Shown: piece by piece, positions 53,418-64,000 of the stretch
Position numbering within the stretch: the stretch's first letter is position 1
Layout of the letters: each line of letters starts with the position of its first letter
NCBI GenBank assembly: GCA_002633005.1
Contig: NMRA01000008.1
Span: 231,019-295,018 of the forward strand
Direction: 5' to 3'
Source of the DNA: Phoronis australis
Lineage: Eukaryota > Animalia > Phoronida
DNA: 64,000 nucleotides
Program-made: the position numbers and the translations under genes
Notes under the pieces: generated by a model
Databases searched by the model: none
Told to the model about the DNA's origin: nothing
Seen by the model: the letters and a program-made list of their open reading frames with translations, nothing else

Positions 53418-53565
53418 CCGTAATCGTTCGGGTTAACGCCCTGGGCGGTTAAATTGGCAAACCCAAAAAATCGGGGGTGGGCGGTTAACCAGACATGGGC
53501 GCTTAAACGTGAAATTTCAAGAAATCCAGGGTGAGCGGTTAACCGAACATGGGCGCTTATTACGA
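53418..53565. mobile_element. pogo-like MITE remnant
   Basis: TA|CCGTAATCGTTCGGGTTAACGCCC end with repeated GGGCGGTTAACC subterminal motifs; right end degenerate. Confidence 0.5.
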
Positions 53566-53595
53566 CAGGCAACCGCCCTTGGCAGTTAATCTTAC

Positions 53596-53694
53596 CTCGT
53601 GATCTAAGTCCCCACAACACACACGCACTCGGAACGCGTAGCACTTTTCAAAGACCGTTATCGTCACGTCGCCACATGACGGGGAAAATGTCAT
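53596..53694 (-). CDS. RTKN: Candidate distal first coding exon of rhotekin (MTFSPSCGDVTITVFEKCYAFRVRVCCGDLDHE)
   Basis: ATG to donor GAG|GTAAGA is 99 nt, phase 0, in frame with exon 50969-51226; locally CpG-rich context. Confidence 0.45.
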
Positions 53695-54310
53695 AACAGC
53701 GGATGATCCCAACAAAGGTTCTCTTGCCCTCAGATTAGTTATTCACTCTATTAAATTTACAGAATTGCTGAGTAATAGCCCCGTGCCGTCCTGCGGTCTT
53801 GTTACTTTGCCCTGCGCAGCGCAGACGACCAGAGACCACGCAGCCTCTACTTGGATTGCAAATATTTCAACACGTGACCTTGCTAAAGTGCGCGCGTGCA
53901 AGCTTCACTTGTTGCAGAGGTCACAGCAGACATCAAATTTATGGTTACAGTCTCGTACTAGCTGCCAAATTCATAGTCAGAGAGCAGTTTTAAAATTAGT
54001 TGTAATAAAAGTTTGATAAACTTAACTCAGATGTTTTTTGTGTTTGGGATGTCGACACTCCGTGACTCAATGACATTTTCAGCGTATGGTTCTGCGGCTA
54101 GCTTTTTTATCTCGACCGCCCGGCATTGCTCACTTGCCGTTGNAAATTTGTTGCGAACTCGCTGGAGCAGGACACTGTAAATGCTTATCAGAAGAAAGAA
54201 AAATTGCTCATGGTTTTCTGAACCCCTGTTTTATGTAAATATATTGTTTTGTGTTTGATGTGGACTGCTGAAGTGAAGCACCCGTGGAATTCCTTGTCCC
54301 GATACGTGTC

Positions 54311-55411
54311 CAGGGCTCGACATTAACGGAAGTCCGACTGCCCGGGACAACCAATTTGTTGGTTCGGACAAGCTCATGGCCGAGCAGCTTGTCCGACAGG
54401 ACAAGGCAAAGAATTTTTCTGCGAACGTTCTTCGCACTATATTAAGATTCCAAAACGTGCGCAACTCAATTACCTTTCAGTGACAATCAAACTTGGTTTA
54501 GCGGAACCGGGACCTTGCCTTACTATGGCGGTAAAATACCCGAATTCTCATGCTCTTTACTGAAGGAGACACAATTGTTTCCTTTGGCTCACGCGCGGAA
54601 CTCATATTGGCATGTACGGATCACTGAGACAGCGTTTGTCGAATGTAATTCATTTGCTATAGAACTTGACAACCAACAAAGCAGTACTTGACAAGGATAT
54701 CATGTCTGTGGCCAATCTTTCTGTGATTCCCCGTGACAGTACACGAAGCATAACCACCCTGAGTATGGAAATAAGAAAAGACATGGTCCATTGTGACAAG
54801 CCAACTTGTGTCGCTGTTCTCGTCTTGGTTAAACGCATGTTTTTAATGACTTTCTCTCCAGACACCAAAATAGAAGCGCCCAACCAAAGACAAGAGCCCA
54901 AAAAAATCAACTTGTCATTAGTGCGAGTCGAATATTTTGTCCATGTTCTACGTGGTCAAAAATTTATTTTTTTGAAATTTTGATTTGCTGGATGACTTTT
55001 TACAAGATGTGTTTTTGCTTCATTATTTTGGCAGCTGACCGAGTACCCCTATTGCCCAATTGTAGTATCGTCCGATTGTTGAGCAGGTGCTTTGAACAAC
55101 AGCGTTGTTGGCTTTGAACTCAAAAAGAAATATACAATGCATATAAAATGTTACATTGTTCAAAGTATTCAATAAGAAGGCCTGTTAATCATTAACAGTG
55201 CTGGGTTGCCTAAGTTCAAAGTATTCAGTACTGAAGAAGACCTGTCAGTCATTAGCAGGTGCTTGGTTGCCAAACTGTCCAGCAAATCCTTACACAATCA
55301 AGTGCTTCCCTTAAAAATACACCACAAACTAGCTGAGTCTTGCTTGATCTGCCTTTTCTCTCAAGAAACTTGCCCACTGAACACACGCTAAAAAGATAAC
55401 GTCGAGCCCTG
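54311..55411. mobile_element. Non-autonomous hAT-like element with 5-bp TSD (hAT5-type)
   Basis: Perfect 11-bp TIR CAGGGCTCGAC / GTCGAGCCCTG, GTGTC on both flanks, subterminal GGACAA/TTGTCC motifs. Confidence 0.75.
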
Positions 55412-58400
55412 GTGTCATACCTTGTACGGTGTATTGGAGACGATCAGAAGCTGTCAGGATGCCTGTGGCCTTGGACTGGTGCAAAACAGTAACCAAATAC
55501 CTCCTTACATGTAGGGGTTTGACAATAGTCAGCTAGATGGCTGGCTACAATGAAGTAAGATTTTCGCTTGTTTAGTGTGACATCATTTCAACTCGGATGT
55601 TTTGGACCCAGTCAAATAAAATCAAAATGCCAAAATGAAAACTATTAATAATCAGGCCAGTTATAGGTAGCGCTATAAACTACTAAGCGCTATGAAAATT
55701 ATTACCTGGTCATGGACCTTGTCTATTGACTAGTGCAATCTGGCTTGGGAACTCTGCAGGAACGTAAGCATACAATTTGGGTACAATACTTGAACACATT
55801 CATGTAACTTAGTAAACATTTCAACAGAGGCGCTAAATTTCCCGTGGTTACCTGAATCGGAAAAAGTCCAAGACCTACAATTTTTTAAAATGTGATGTAA
55901 CTGTACATTTCTATTCCTATTGTGGGTCAACGCATCTTATTAGTGGCGGATGTTTCATCACTAACCATCCGAATATATATCCACTGCACTCTGTACAACA
56001 AACCCAGTTACTAAGTGAAGTTATTGACAGGTTTACCTACATTCCTATTGTTTAGTGTACTTTATTCTATTAATAACAAATAAGTTGATTGACTGAAATG
56101 CATGAGGCCGAAGACATCTTCAGGCAATGTGCTACTTTTCACTACTTTGGTTACACCTTGATTGTTTTTACACAATGGTGTATGGAGGAAACCGTTTTTG
56201 AGAGCAGGAACATGTAGCGATCCCAGGATTTTGTTGCCTGTGGTTTGAACTGCTATTTGAAACTGACCATGTATCTTCACCTAAAGGTGCATGCTCTGTT
56301 TAGATGGTTAGAAAATGAAAACTGAATTTGGCTTTTTATGCACTTGTAAAGTAGGGCTCATAATATTCTTTACCGCACCATAATGTTCAATTTCTGCCTT
56401 GTTACATGAACATGGTATGTCATTTTTTACCTTAATTTCCTGAAATCCGAACACATAAGCGCAGTGTGCTTTGTCCAACATTTTTCAACATACAAACATC
56501 ACAAGATCGCGAACACTGATATTTCTAAGTTACAAACAGTTGAAAAAATTTAATTATTTTTGTGATCGTAATCCAGAAAGATTACCCTGCTTTCAGGGTG
56601 AGTCGTATACCTTTAAATTGTGTTTAATGTAAATTCCTTATGTCTGTTAACTACCAGCAATAGAAGTTCTTGATTTTACCTAGCAGTACATATGTTATAG
56701 ACATTTAGTGCTGCAAAAGCTATTCAAACTGTAGTAAAGCAGTTGAAGATTTTGCAATTTCATCAGGTACATGTCTATAATTTTGTTACTTTGTTCAAAA
56801 TGGTATGTTAGCTATTTATTTGTTTTACACAAAAATATTTGCTGGCATAATGTTTTTGTTGTGAATAGCTGATTTTTGTCTTCATCACTAAATAATCAAT
56901 GTTTACCACGTGCTGTTCAATGATTGCTGTCAGAAGAGCGTTACTGTCTTGTTGCTGTATAGAACAAGCCATGTTATTACAGTAAATGACTACTTTTTGA
57001 TGAGAAACTCCAGGCGTGGAAACAATTCTGTGGTCATGCCTCTAAATTCTAGCCATAATGAGGCTTTCCATGCCGTGCCAGAAATCCTCCATACCGGTTG
57101 ACCACACTCCAGCCTTGGGGATCAGATTCCTTTCTCAGATTTTAAGTCTGGGTGAGGAGTCTACCCTGGGGCTAGAGTTTGATCACTGTGTATGCAAAAT
57201 TTTTCACTCTTGCATAGAGTATTATAAGGTACACAGGTGTGGGGATTTGCAATGCGAGGTTTGGTGTCTGGTGGTCGGCAACTGGGGCTTGGAGGAATTT
57301 AGAAGCACCAATAAGCGTGGAATTGGTTTCCAACCCTGAAATTTGACAAAATAGAATTTGGTTTATCCTCACAATCTTATTTTAAATAGGTGAAAAGTCA
57401 CCATAACATATATTGACGTTCACTTGTACACAGTAAAAAATGTGGTCATGATAAAATCCACATCTGAACACAGTGAATCATGCATGTAGTTAACAATTGA
57501 TTCATTGAAAGTATTTGATACTTTTGTTCCATAAAGAAATATGGTGTCTAATATTACCAGTTGTTTGAGTAACTTGTACTAGAAAATTCAATTTTCTTTT
57601 GAGTCTTATTTCACTTTTTCTTTACAATATCAAACAGATGACCCAAACTGAAAGCCTGTGTATAGTTGGCATACACCAAAGGTTTAGTTCTGCATTTATC
57701 ATATTGTTTTATTATGCTGGTGCATACTTTCTTAGTGAACAACTGTGTTTTTATTCCAGGAAGATCAACAAGTAATGTTAATACCGGCGCCATGGCAACC
57801 AGACCAAACTGGTGCAGCTCTTTACCTCAGGTCTTGGCAACGACACATGCGTGTAACCCACAATCGCGTGCCTCGCATCAAAGTGTACCTGTTGAAAAGC
57901 AAAACATGGTATCATGTCAGCAATGTAGACAAGACATTGTTAAATGTAAGTAATGTAACAATAATTGAACTTAATTTTTCTAATCTTATTACTTTGCAAG
58001 TTGTCATTTGGCAAGTTTATTATTAAAGTTAATGCTATTTCAACAAAGAGAATAGCTTTCGGGTGTTTTACCTTGTACGTTTTTGGGACATTTTCACCAA
58101 TAGAGGGACAGTATGTATACTTAAGAATGTTTTATGTACATATGAGCATAGTCATTTATCTTTACTCTCTTTATCGCGGAATTTCAATGTTTTATGCGAC
58201 ATCATCTGAACATACATGTTCTTGCCCAATTCAACAAGGGTATGTCTCAGATACCGGCTGTTTACATTCCCTGATAGCAGTACTCAGCAGCAGATAAGGT
58301 TACTATTCATTAGAGATAAATGTGGTTATACTTAGCGTGCCTTTTTTGGTCCACACAGATTGAAGACGGCTAGGAAATGAAGTTGGATAACTTGAGTAAC

Positions 58401-59109
58401 TTTTGTGATGATTTTGTGACGTCTTTGTTCAAGAAAGATGTTCCTCCTTAAGGTAACGGTGTTTCTTTGTTTTGGTGGAAGTCACTTAGTGATGAGCTTT
58501 TTAGTTTAAGTGTTAATTAGACATCTTAAAGAACTGTAATGATTTGTAAAATCCACTTGGATGAGATTATTTCTGTGGTGTTGCATATGGATTTTGTCTC
58601 TACGTTTATTACTGAACCATGAGTTTGTTTCATGAAAAAGTAAATTACGACAGATATTTGGTTGTGCGCTCCCCTTGACAGCTGTTGAAGAAGGTTTAGC
58701 TAAGTAATTATGAGCATATCACAGTCTAGAAATAACGTATAGAAATTATCTCAATGTCTAGCACTTAATCTCTAAGATTTTACAATGTTAGTCAAGTGAG
58801 ATTCGATTATTTTTCAGGAATAGTTTTGTGGAGCATATGACCAGGTTTCTGACTTATGTTTCATGTCAGTTTTCATGAAACGAACCTATGAACTAATTTT
58901 ATGACGTCAGTCTAATGCATTAAATGTTTCTGACCAGTTAGATGACAAAAAACTGATTAAAAAATGTCCCGTCTGTGTTGCTTGCTACTTGATTCTGATA
59001 TGACTATGCTAAGGTTGACGTCACACTATTGGCATTGTTCAGATCTTAGAGAGGGGTTTAGTAATGTACAAACAAAATTTTTTGAGACGGTCAATCCGTA
59101 TAGGGCAAA

Positions 59110-60349
59110 TTTTATGCTCCCATATATACGGTACAATCTCGCTAATTTCTAGCAAAAATAATTGCCAACAATGCCCGTTGTTCATTTTTCAAGAGATTGT
59201 AACGATGTTGTGAATGCTCGCAATTTTTCCAAATATTGTGAGGTGGTAGCTGTGATACTAAACGTGAGCATAGAAATGCATTCCATGAGATGCTGCATTT
59301 CTTTCTTGAAAAATTTGATAAAAGAAAATTTCACTTGTCGGCCATATTGTGTCCTAATCTAGCGAGATTTTACCGTACGTGTGCGTACATTATACTTTCA
59401 TCTTCATATGTTCAGCGTTTGTTGCTGTATCTCCAAAACTGCTCGATGGATTTAGTAATGTGAAATTTTGCAGACATGTTGCTATCACGGATGGAAGAGC
59501 ACAGTCTAAATTTGGGCTGTACTTGACTTCTGCTGTGCTCTCTAGTGGTAATTTTAATTATTTTCATTGCAACTATATCTACTTATAGTTCCTAGACAAA
59601 CTGTCATGAAATTTAGCTAATGAAGTTCTGTTATGGAGGCGATGACACCTTCCATTTTCAGCCAAATTCTACATAATCTGACCAATTTTCTAAATCGCTT
59701 GAGAGATCATTATGAAAATTGGCAGATGTGTTCCTGATGTGAAGACCACGGCTGACGTTGATTTTGGGATGGGCCCTACTACTGTGGGTTCCTCTAGTGA
59801 CATTTTTGTCTTTGCAGTTGTGGCTATATCTTCTTAACGCTTTGCAAGTTTACAACTGCAATGGCTGACAACTACTTTTGGATGGATCTGACTGCTGCTG
59901 TGCCCCTTAATAGCAACTGTAGTTTTTTAGTCTGTGGCTGTTTCTTCATATTTGCTTGGCAGATTTTCATGAAATTTTGCAAATACTTTGTCTATTAGTA
60001 AGACAGTGACGCCTTCCCATTTTCAGATGGGTCTTTGCAAGTTTGGCAAATGTGTTCCTAGGAACTTTATAACAGGTGGATTATAACTGCTAATGCTTCC
60101 CAGTGGCAAATTTATTTTTTATATTTGCCTCTGCATCTGTATAGAACCACGATGGATTTTCATTAAATTAAGCAAAATAGTTCTGTTTTATGTACAGAAG
60201 AGGACAATGGATTTGCATTTTTGTATGAATTCAATATATTTATTCTGTGTTATCTAGTTGCCATTTCTATGGTACTAATGAATTTTCTTTGAAGCATACG
60301 GTTTGCAGTGCAGTTGAAGGCGCATTTCAATGCTTTGCATTGCTCTGGT
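59110..60349 (-). mobile_element. Older copy of the HINE/Helentron-like family at 31907-33002
   Basis: GGCGCATTTCAATGCTTTGCATTGCTCTGGT is an imperfect reverse complement of that element's 5' end; TTTTATGCTCCCATAT corresponds to its 3' hairpin; diverged internal repeats (CTCTAGTGGTAATTTT etc.). Confidence 0.65.
59129..59375. mobile_element. Tc1/mariner-type MITE nested in the HINE hairpin
   Basis: TIR CGGTACAATCTCGCTA / TAGCGAGATTTTACCG with TA flanks. Confidence 0.7.
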
Positions 60350-63215
60350 CACTTGACATGCGTCTGTTTATTGGTGTCAGCCTCGACAATAGTCTGATAT
60401 AACGTGCCTGTATTTTGAGAACCAATTTTATGCCGATTATTCCGTGGAGAAAACTGGCTCGCAAAATTCGGCACGTTATATCAGACCATTACATTCAGCC
60501 TCTCTATCCACTAAATTGCATGAAAGGTCATTTTAAATTGCACAGCTGTGTTCCTATTGAGTTGAATATGGCTGATGTTGATTTTAAGACATGTTTAAAG
60601 TTGACCTATTCTGATACCCCAGTGGCACTCCTTAAAAAATTTTGCAATGTTTCTGATCTATATTATTCAAAGCTTTTGAAAATATGCTATAGTCTGTAGA
60701 AAAGTGACCTTTCTTAATTAAAATTTCAATTCTTGTGTGTGTGTGATGGGTATTGGATGGTTTTGATGTGAATACTCTTTATTTACTTTAATGTTTCAAA
60801 TCATTAACAGCAGTGGATCTATCATTTTTCTCCCCGACACGATTTATCAGCAACATTACAATCAGTTTTCAACATTTAAAATTTTACAACTTTTTATGTT
60901 TACAAGTCCCTTAAGCAAAGTAAATTTGTCAAATGCAGATGTTGCACATGAAGATTGGAGGAAGCACATGTTACCTCCCTACAGTTGAACTGAAGTGATT
61001 TAATAATTAGTCTATTGTATGGCATTGGACAGCTGTTCCTCATCTCTCCCAGCCGCAACTGCTGAAAATCCAGGGTGGGAAAACAATCCTCAAGTCTAGA
61101 CTAATGACCACTCTGATGAGAGAGGAGGCAGTGTGGCCTAGTGGGATAAGTGTGCGCTTCTTTTACTCAAGGTCCTGGTCTTAAGACCCATTATGGCTGA
61201 TGCTAAGCTCTTGAGTCAGGTTTCTAGCTCCTTCGCTCAGTTTTATCTATAGCAATAAAGCATAAAAGTGATTTCAGATGATCAGTGCAATGGGCCCAAC
61301 TGAGCGGCCTCAGTGCACGTCTGGTACAACGTGTAGCAGACATGTACCAGACTGCCTGCAATCATTTTTTTACTATGGTGAGACCAGTTTTTAGTGTTCT
61401 TTTGGCTAAAAATACAATTCGCTGAATTCCCGTGGGGCCTGTTCCACTATAAAATATCAGAAATTGACAATATCTTTTTTTCACAGAATCTAAACAATGA
61501 CCTTCAACCAGTTATAAGTTTTGGGGTATGGTAAGTCTCTGTAAAGATGTCACAAAGTTATGGCGTTTTAGTGAAGCAGGCCTCTGACACTTACCGGTAT
61601 TTACTGTACAGTGTATGTAACAGTTGACAGCACAGCTGCTTAACTTGGGATGATCACTGTGTAAATTATACCAGTTGTGTTTGCTTAGAATGAGTTACAA
61701 AAACTGTATCCCTTGTGGGGGTCTGTTAAGTCGAGTATTTTCAATCAAATGCCAAGGACTGCAACAGTCATGATTCAGCCATTTATTCTCTACCTTTAGA
61801 GAGCCAGCAACATGCAGCACTCCTAGCAGCACAAGTCGGAACTACTTTCATATCAAATTCGATCTCATAACAAAGTCAAAGGATCAGTAACTGATATTAA
61901 AGCAGGCTGGGTGGGTGGATACACCAAACAAGCAGGCTTTTTCTTCCAAGTCTTGTGACCTGCCATTCAGTGTAAACACAACAGTTGGCGATTGCTGTAG
62001 TTGGCTCATTTACTGTGTGACTCTCGTAGCTAATTGGCTAGATTATTCATGGATTCATCTACTGGGTCGTTCCTTACTCCTAAAACAGAACTTCCTTTTA
62101 GCATAACTACATATTTGGTGTGTCTCATTCCAGGCTAGCGACTGTGCAGAACCATCACACACCCCGTGGACCACTTGTTGGGTCCCACCCTCCTTACAGG
62201 TGAGAGCGTCTGCTGTTACTATTTGATGGGGAACAGTTGTTTTTGTTTGTTATGTTTAGCAGCAGGTAATTTTTGAAATATTGCTGTTTTGGTAGAAACT
62301 GTTAAGCTACACTGGATTAAATGTAAGCAAATTCATTTTAAGTATGACAAAAAAGCCTCAGTGATACTAGCTAAACTTTCTGGCTCTATTTATTGATTAT
62401 TAATACTTAAAGTAACTTGTGAGACTGGTGCTGATTGGATACACTTTTTTGCAAGTGTTCAAATAGTGGCCTTGTGTTCATTGCAGATATTAATTTCATA
62501 ATTTTTAATCTTCTAGTTGAGAAATTCTGTAATTCTTTTATTGAATTTGCCAATTGGTACATTTTAGTATCATTAAACACGTTACTAAGTACATTTCTCT
62601 ACTCGACACCTGATTGGTCACTCATATTTCCTTTTTTCACTATAATGTGGTCTAGTTCATTCAACCACCTACCTCGCTGTCCTAACCTAGGTTTTTTTTT
62701 CTGTTTTTTTCCACCTTCCTGGGTGCCTGTTTTAATATCATTGTACACGCCGTTGGCGTTTTTTCCATGCCCATCTTGCAGAGTATTCTTCAGCTCTACT
62801 TAGGTCATAGTCCTCATCTTGTTTTACTCTGCAACGTAGCTCGTGACGTACCCCGGGCAAAGTAGATAATGATAAATATTGTTATTTTCGAGTTCATAAA
62901 TTTTTATTTCTGTCTGCTTGTAATGTTCTCGCTTTATCGACTGAATGAATTCATCATATGCGTATGGTCTCTAATTCAAATAAACAGTTGAATTATGACC
63001 GAAAAGTGACCCTTTTCTGTGGCATATATTCACATAGTGAATGGGATTAACCTGGAATGCAATTGTTCAAAGAAAAGAGAGGTTGTGTAGTATTTTATTC
63101 TTTTTCAGAGTCACAGTGCATCAATACTGCTGGAACAAAGATAACAAGAGGATGGCTATGGGCACTTGACATTAACCCCAGTTGGAAATAACCTATTGAC
63201 AGCCCAAGGGCTCTT

Positions 63216-64000
63216 ATGAATACCGACACCATGCCTTTTTCCTCCGTCCATGATATTCCCTTCCACTGCCCAAAGTGTGGCAGCACCAAAAACTTCGCCA
63301 CGTTACTTTGCCTACAGAGCCACCTCATTTTGGAGCATGCTTACCAAAATGGCCGCCGTTACACATCCAAACGTGCAGAAGTGTTGAAAAGTCAATTAGA
63401 AGCTTTCCAACCCCTCCAGTCGAGGATTCCAAGCGTGGATAGCTTGAGCAATGTACCGAGAAAGACTATTCCAGATAACCCTTTTACCAAGGTTCTGAAG
63501 GCAGACGTGTTTCACTGGCAACCGTGGGAATATGAATTAAATGATGTTACTTCTTTGCAAAATCCGTATAGCAGTTCCCCTCAGCCATTTGTGCCTTCAC
63601 CGAAACCACCTTTGCCAAATACTGGTGGACCAAATGTTGATAAAGTGGTTTATCAACACAGTGGAGATTTTGTCCCTTATGAGGACATTTTAAGCCAGTT
63701 TGCCCCAACTGTAGAAGATCTGAGAAACCGTAATAAATTACGGCAGCTTCAAAATGATTTACTCAGCAAAGACATAAAATTGGCTGAACATCAGAAACGG
63801 TTTGAAATGTTTCAAAATGCACAGAAAGTTCTTCGCAATAGCGAATCTGAGCGTTTACAACTGGATCTACAGCTGAAGGAAGCTCACCTCCAGCGGGCTC
63901 GGAGTGACCTTGAGAAGGTCACGGTGGATGCTCAGAACCTCCGTCGAGAGAATGTGGAGACGGCCAGAGAGAAAGAAGCTTTGTGCCTCCAGGTGGAAGC
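63216..64000 (+). CDS. ZNF365/FBXO41-family protein, first coding exon (N-terminal C2H2-like finger + coiled coil), runs off window
   Basis: Open frame absent from the ORF track because it has no stop: MNTDTMPFSSVHDIPFHCPKCGSTKNFATLLCLQSHLILEHAY..., resembling the FBXO41/ZNF365 motif LP.RCPRCG...RFRSLSSLRAHLE.SH.Y, followed by a heptad-rich coiled coil. Acceptor TTTTTCAG| at 63108; in-frame stop upstream of the ATG. Confidence 0.8.
   Translation, partial: MNTDTMPFSSVHDIPFHCPKCGSTKNFATLLCLQSHLILEHAYQNGRRYTSKRAEVLKSQLEAFQPLQSRIPSVDSLSNVPRKTIPDNPFTKVLKADVFHWQPWEYELNDVTSLQNPYSSSPQPFVPSPKPPLPNTGGPNVDKVVYQHSGDFVPYEDILSQFAPTVEDLRNRNKLRQLQNDLLSKDIKLAEHQKRFEMFQNAQKVLRNSESERLQLDLQLKEAHLQRARSDLEKVTVDAQNLRRENVETAREKEALCLQVE

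Larger units (their letters stand above)
10306..53694 (-). other. RTKN: Rhotekin-like gene span (HR1 + anillin-homology + PH), multi-exon with alternative 5' exons
   Basis: Exons translate to motifs matching rhotekin (ELQQKIDVEIKMHDG, CKAKVAVSDIRIPLMWKDTDHFKNKG, LPLFGHFCCRLVAQPLC, WKHACEELMEI, SSLYDEI); GT-AG boundaries with consistent phases. Possible AATAAA on the minus strand at about 8348-8353. Confidence 0.93.

Noticed and set aside
56284-56613. Possible short Kolobok-like non-autonomous element
   Set aside because: Termini match only loosely (AGGTGCATGCTC vs AGGTATACGACTC) and the left TSD is imperfect.
62435-62830. ORF on +, and a mostly open lysine-rich antisense frame faintly like a LINE RT C-terminus
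   Set aside because: Contains stops, and the similarity is too weak to call without a search.
1-64000. Prokaryote-style operon, defence system, CRISPR or rRNA
   Set aside because: None seen; low coding density, spliceosomal introns and metazoan TEs indicate an animal nuclear locus.

Overview
AT-rich, intron- and repeat-rich eukaryotic (invertebrate metazoan-like) genomic DNA, not prokaryotic; most ORFs in the six-frame track are spurious. The main feature is a spliced rhotekin (RTKN-like: HR1 Rho-binding, anillin-homology and PH domains) gene on the minus strand. I traced nine frame-consistent core exons by hand (22510 down to the stop at 10306) and several candidate alternative 5' exons out to about 53.7 kb. 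One of these matches the vertebrate 'ILEDLNMLYIRQMA' alternative N-terminus. Divergently oriented on the plus strand, a ZNF365/FBXO41-family gene starts at about 63216 and runs off the window, the same head-to-head pairing as human RTKN2-ZNF365. The left end holds a 24-bp minisatellite, a partial protein-kinase gene and a decayed L1/Tx1-like LINE. The introns contain a degenerate Kolobok-type transposon (THAP remnant, TTAA TSD), two HINE/Helentron-like elements whose internal repeats carry CTCF-like motifs, a hAT-like element with a 5-bp TSD, and many MITEs. Two tandem duplications centred on single Ns (6096, 12875) are probably haplotype assembly artefacts. I found no convincing new enzymatic or defence system; the most notable signals are regulatory, evolutionary and transposon-related.
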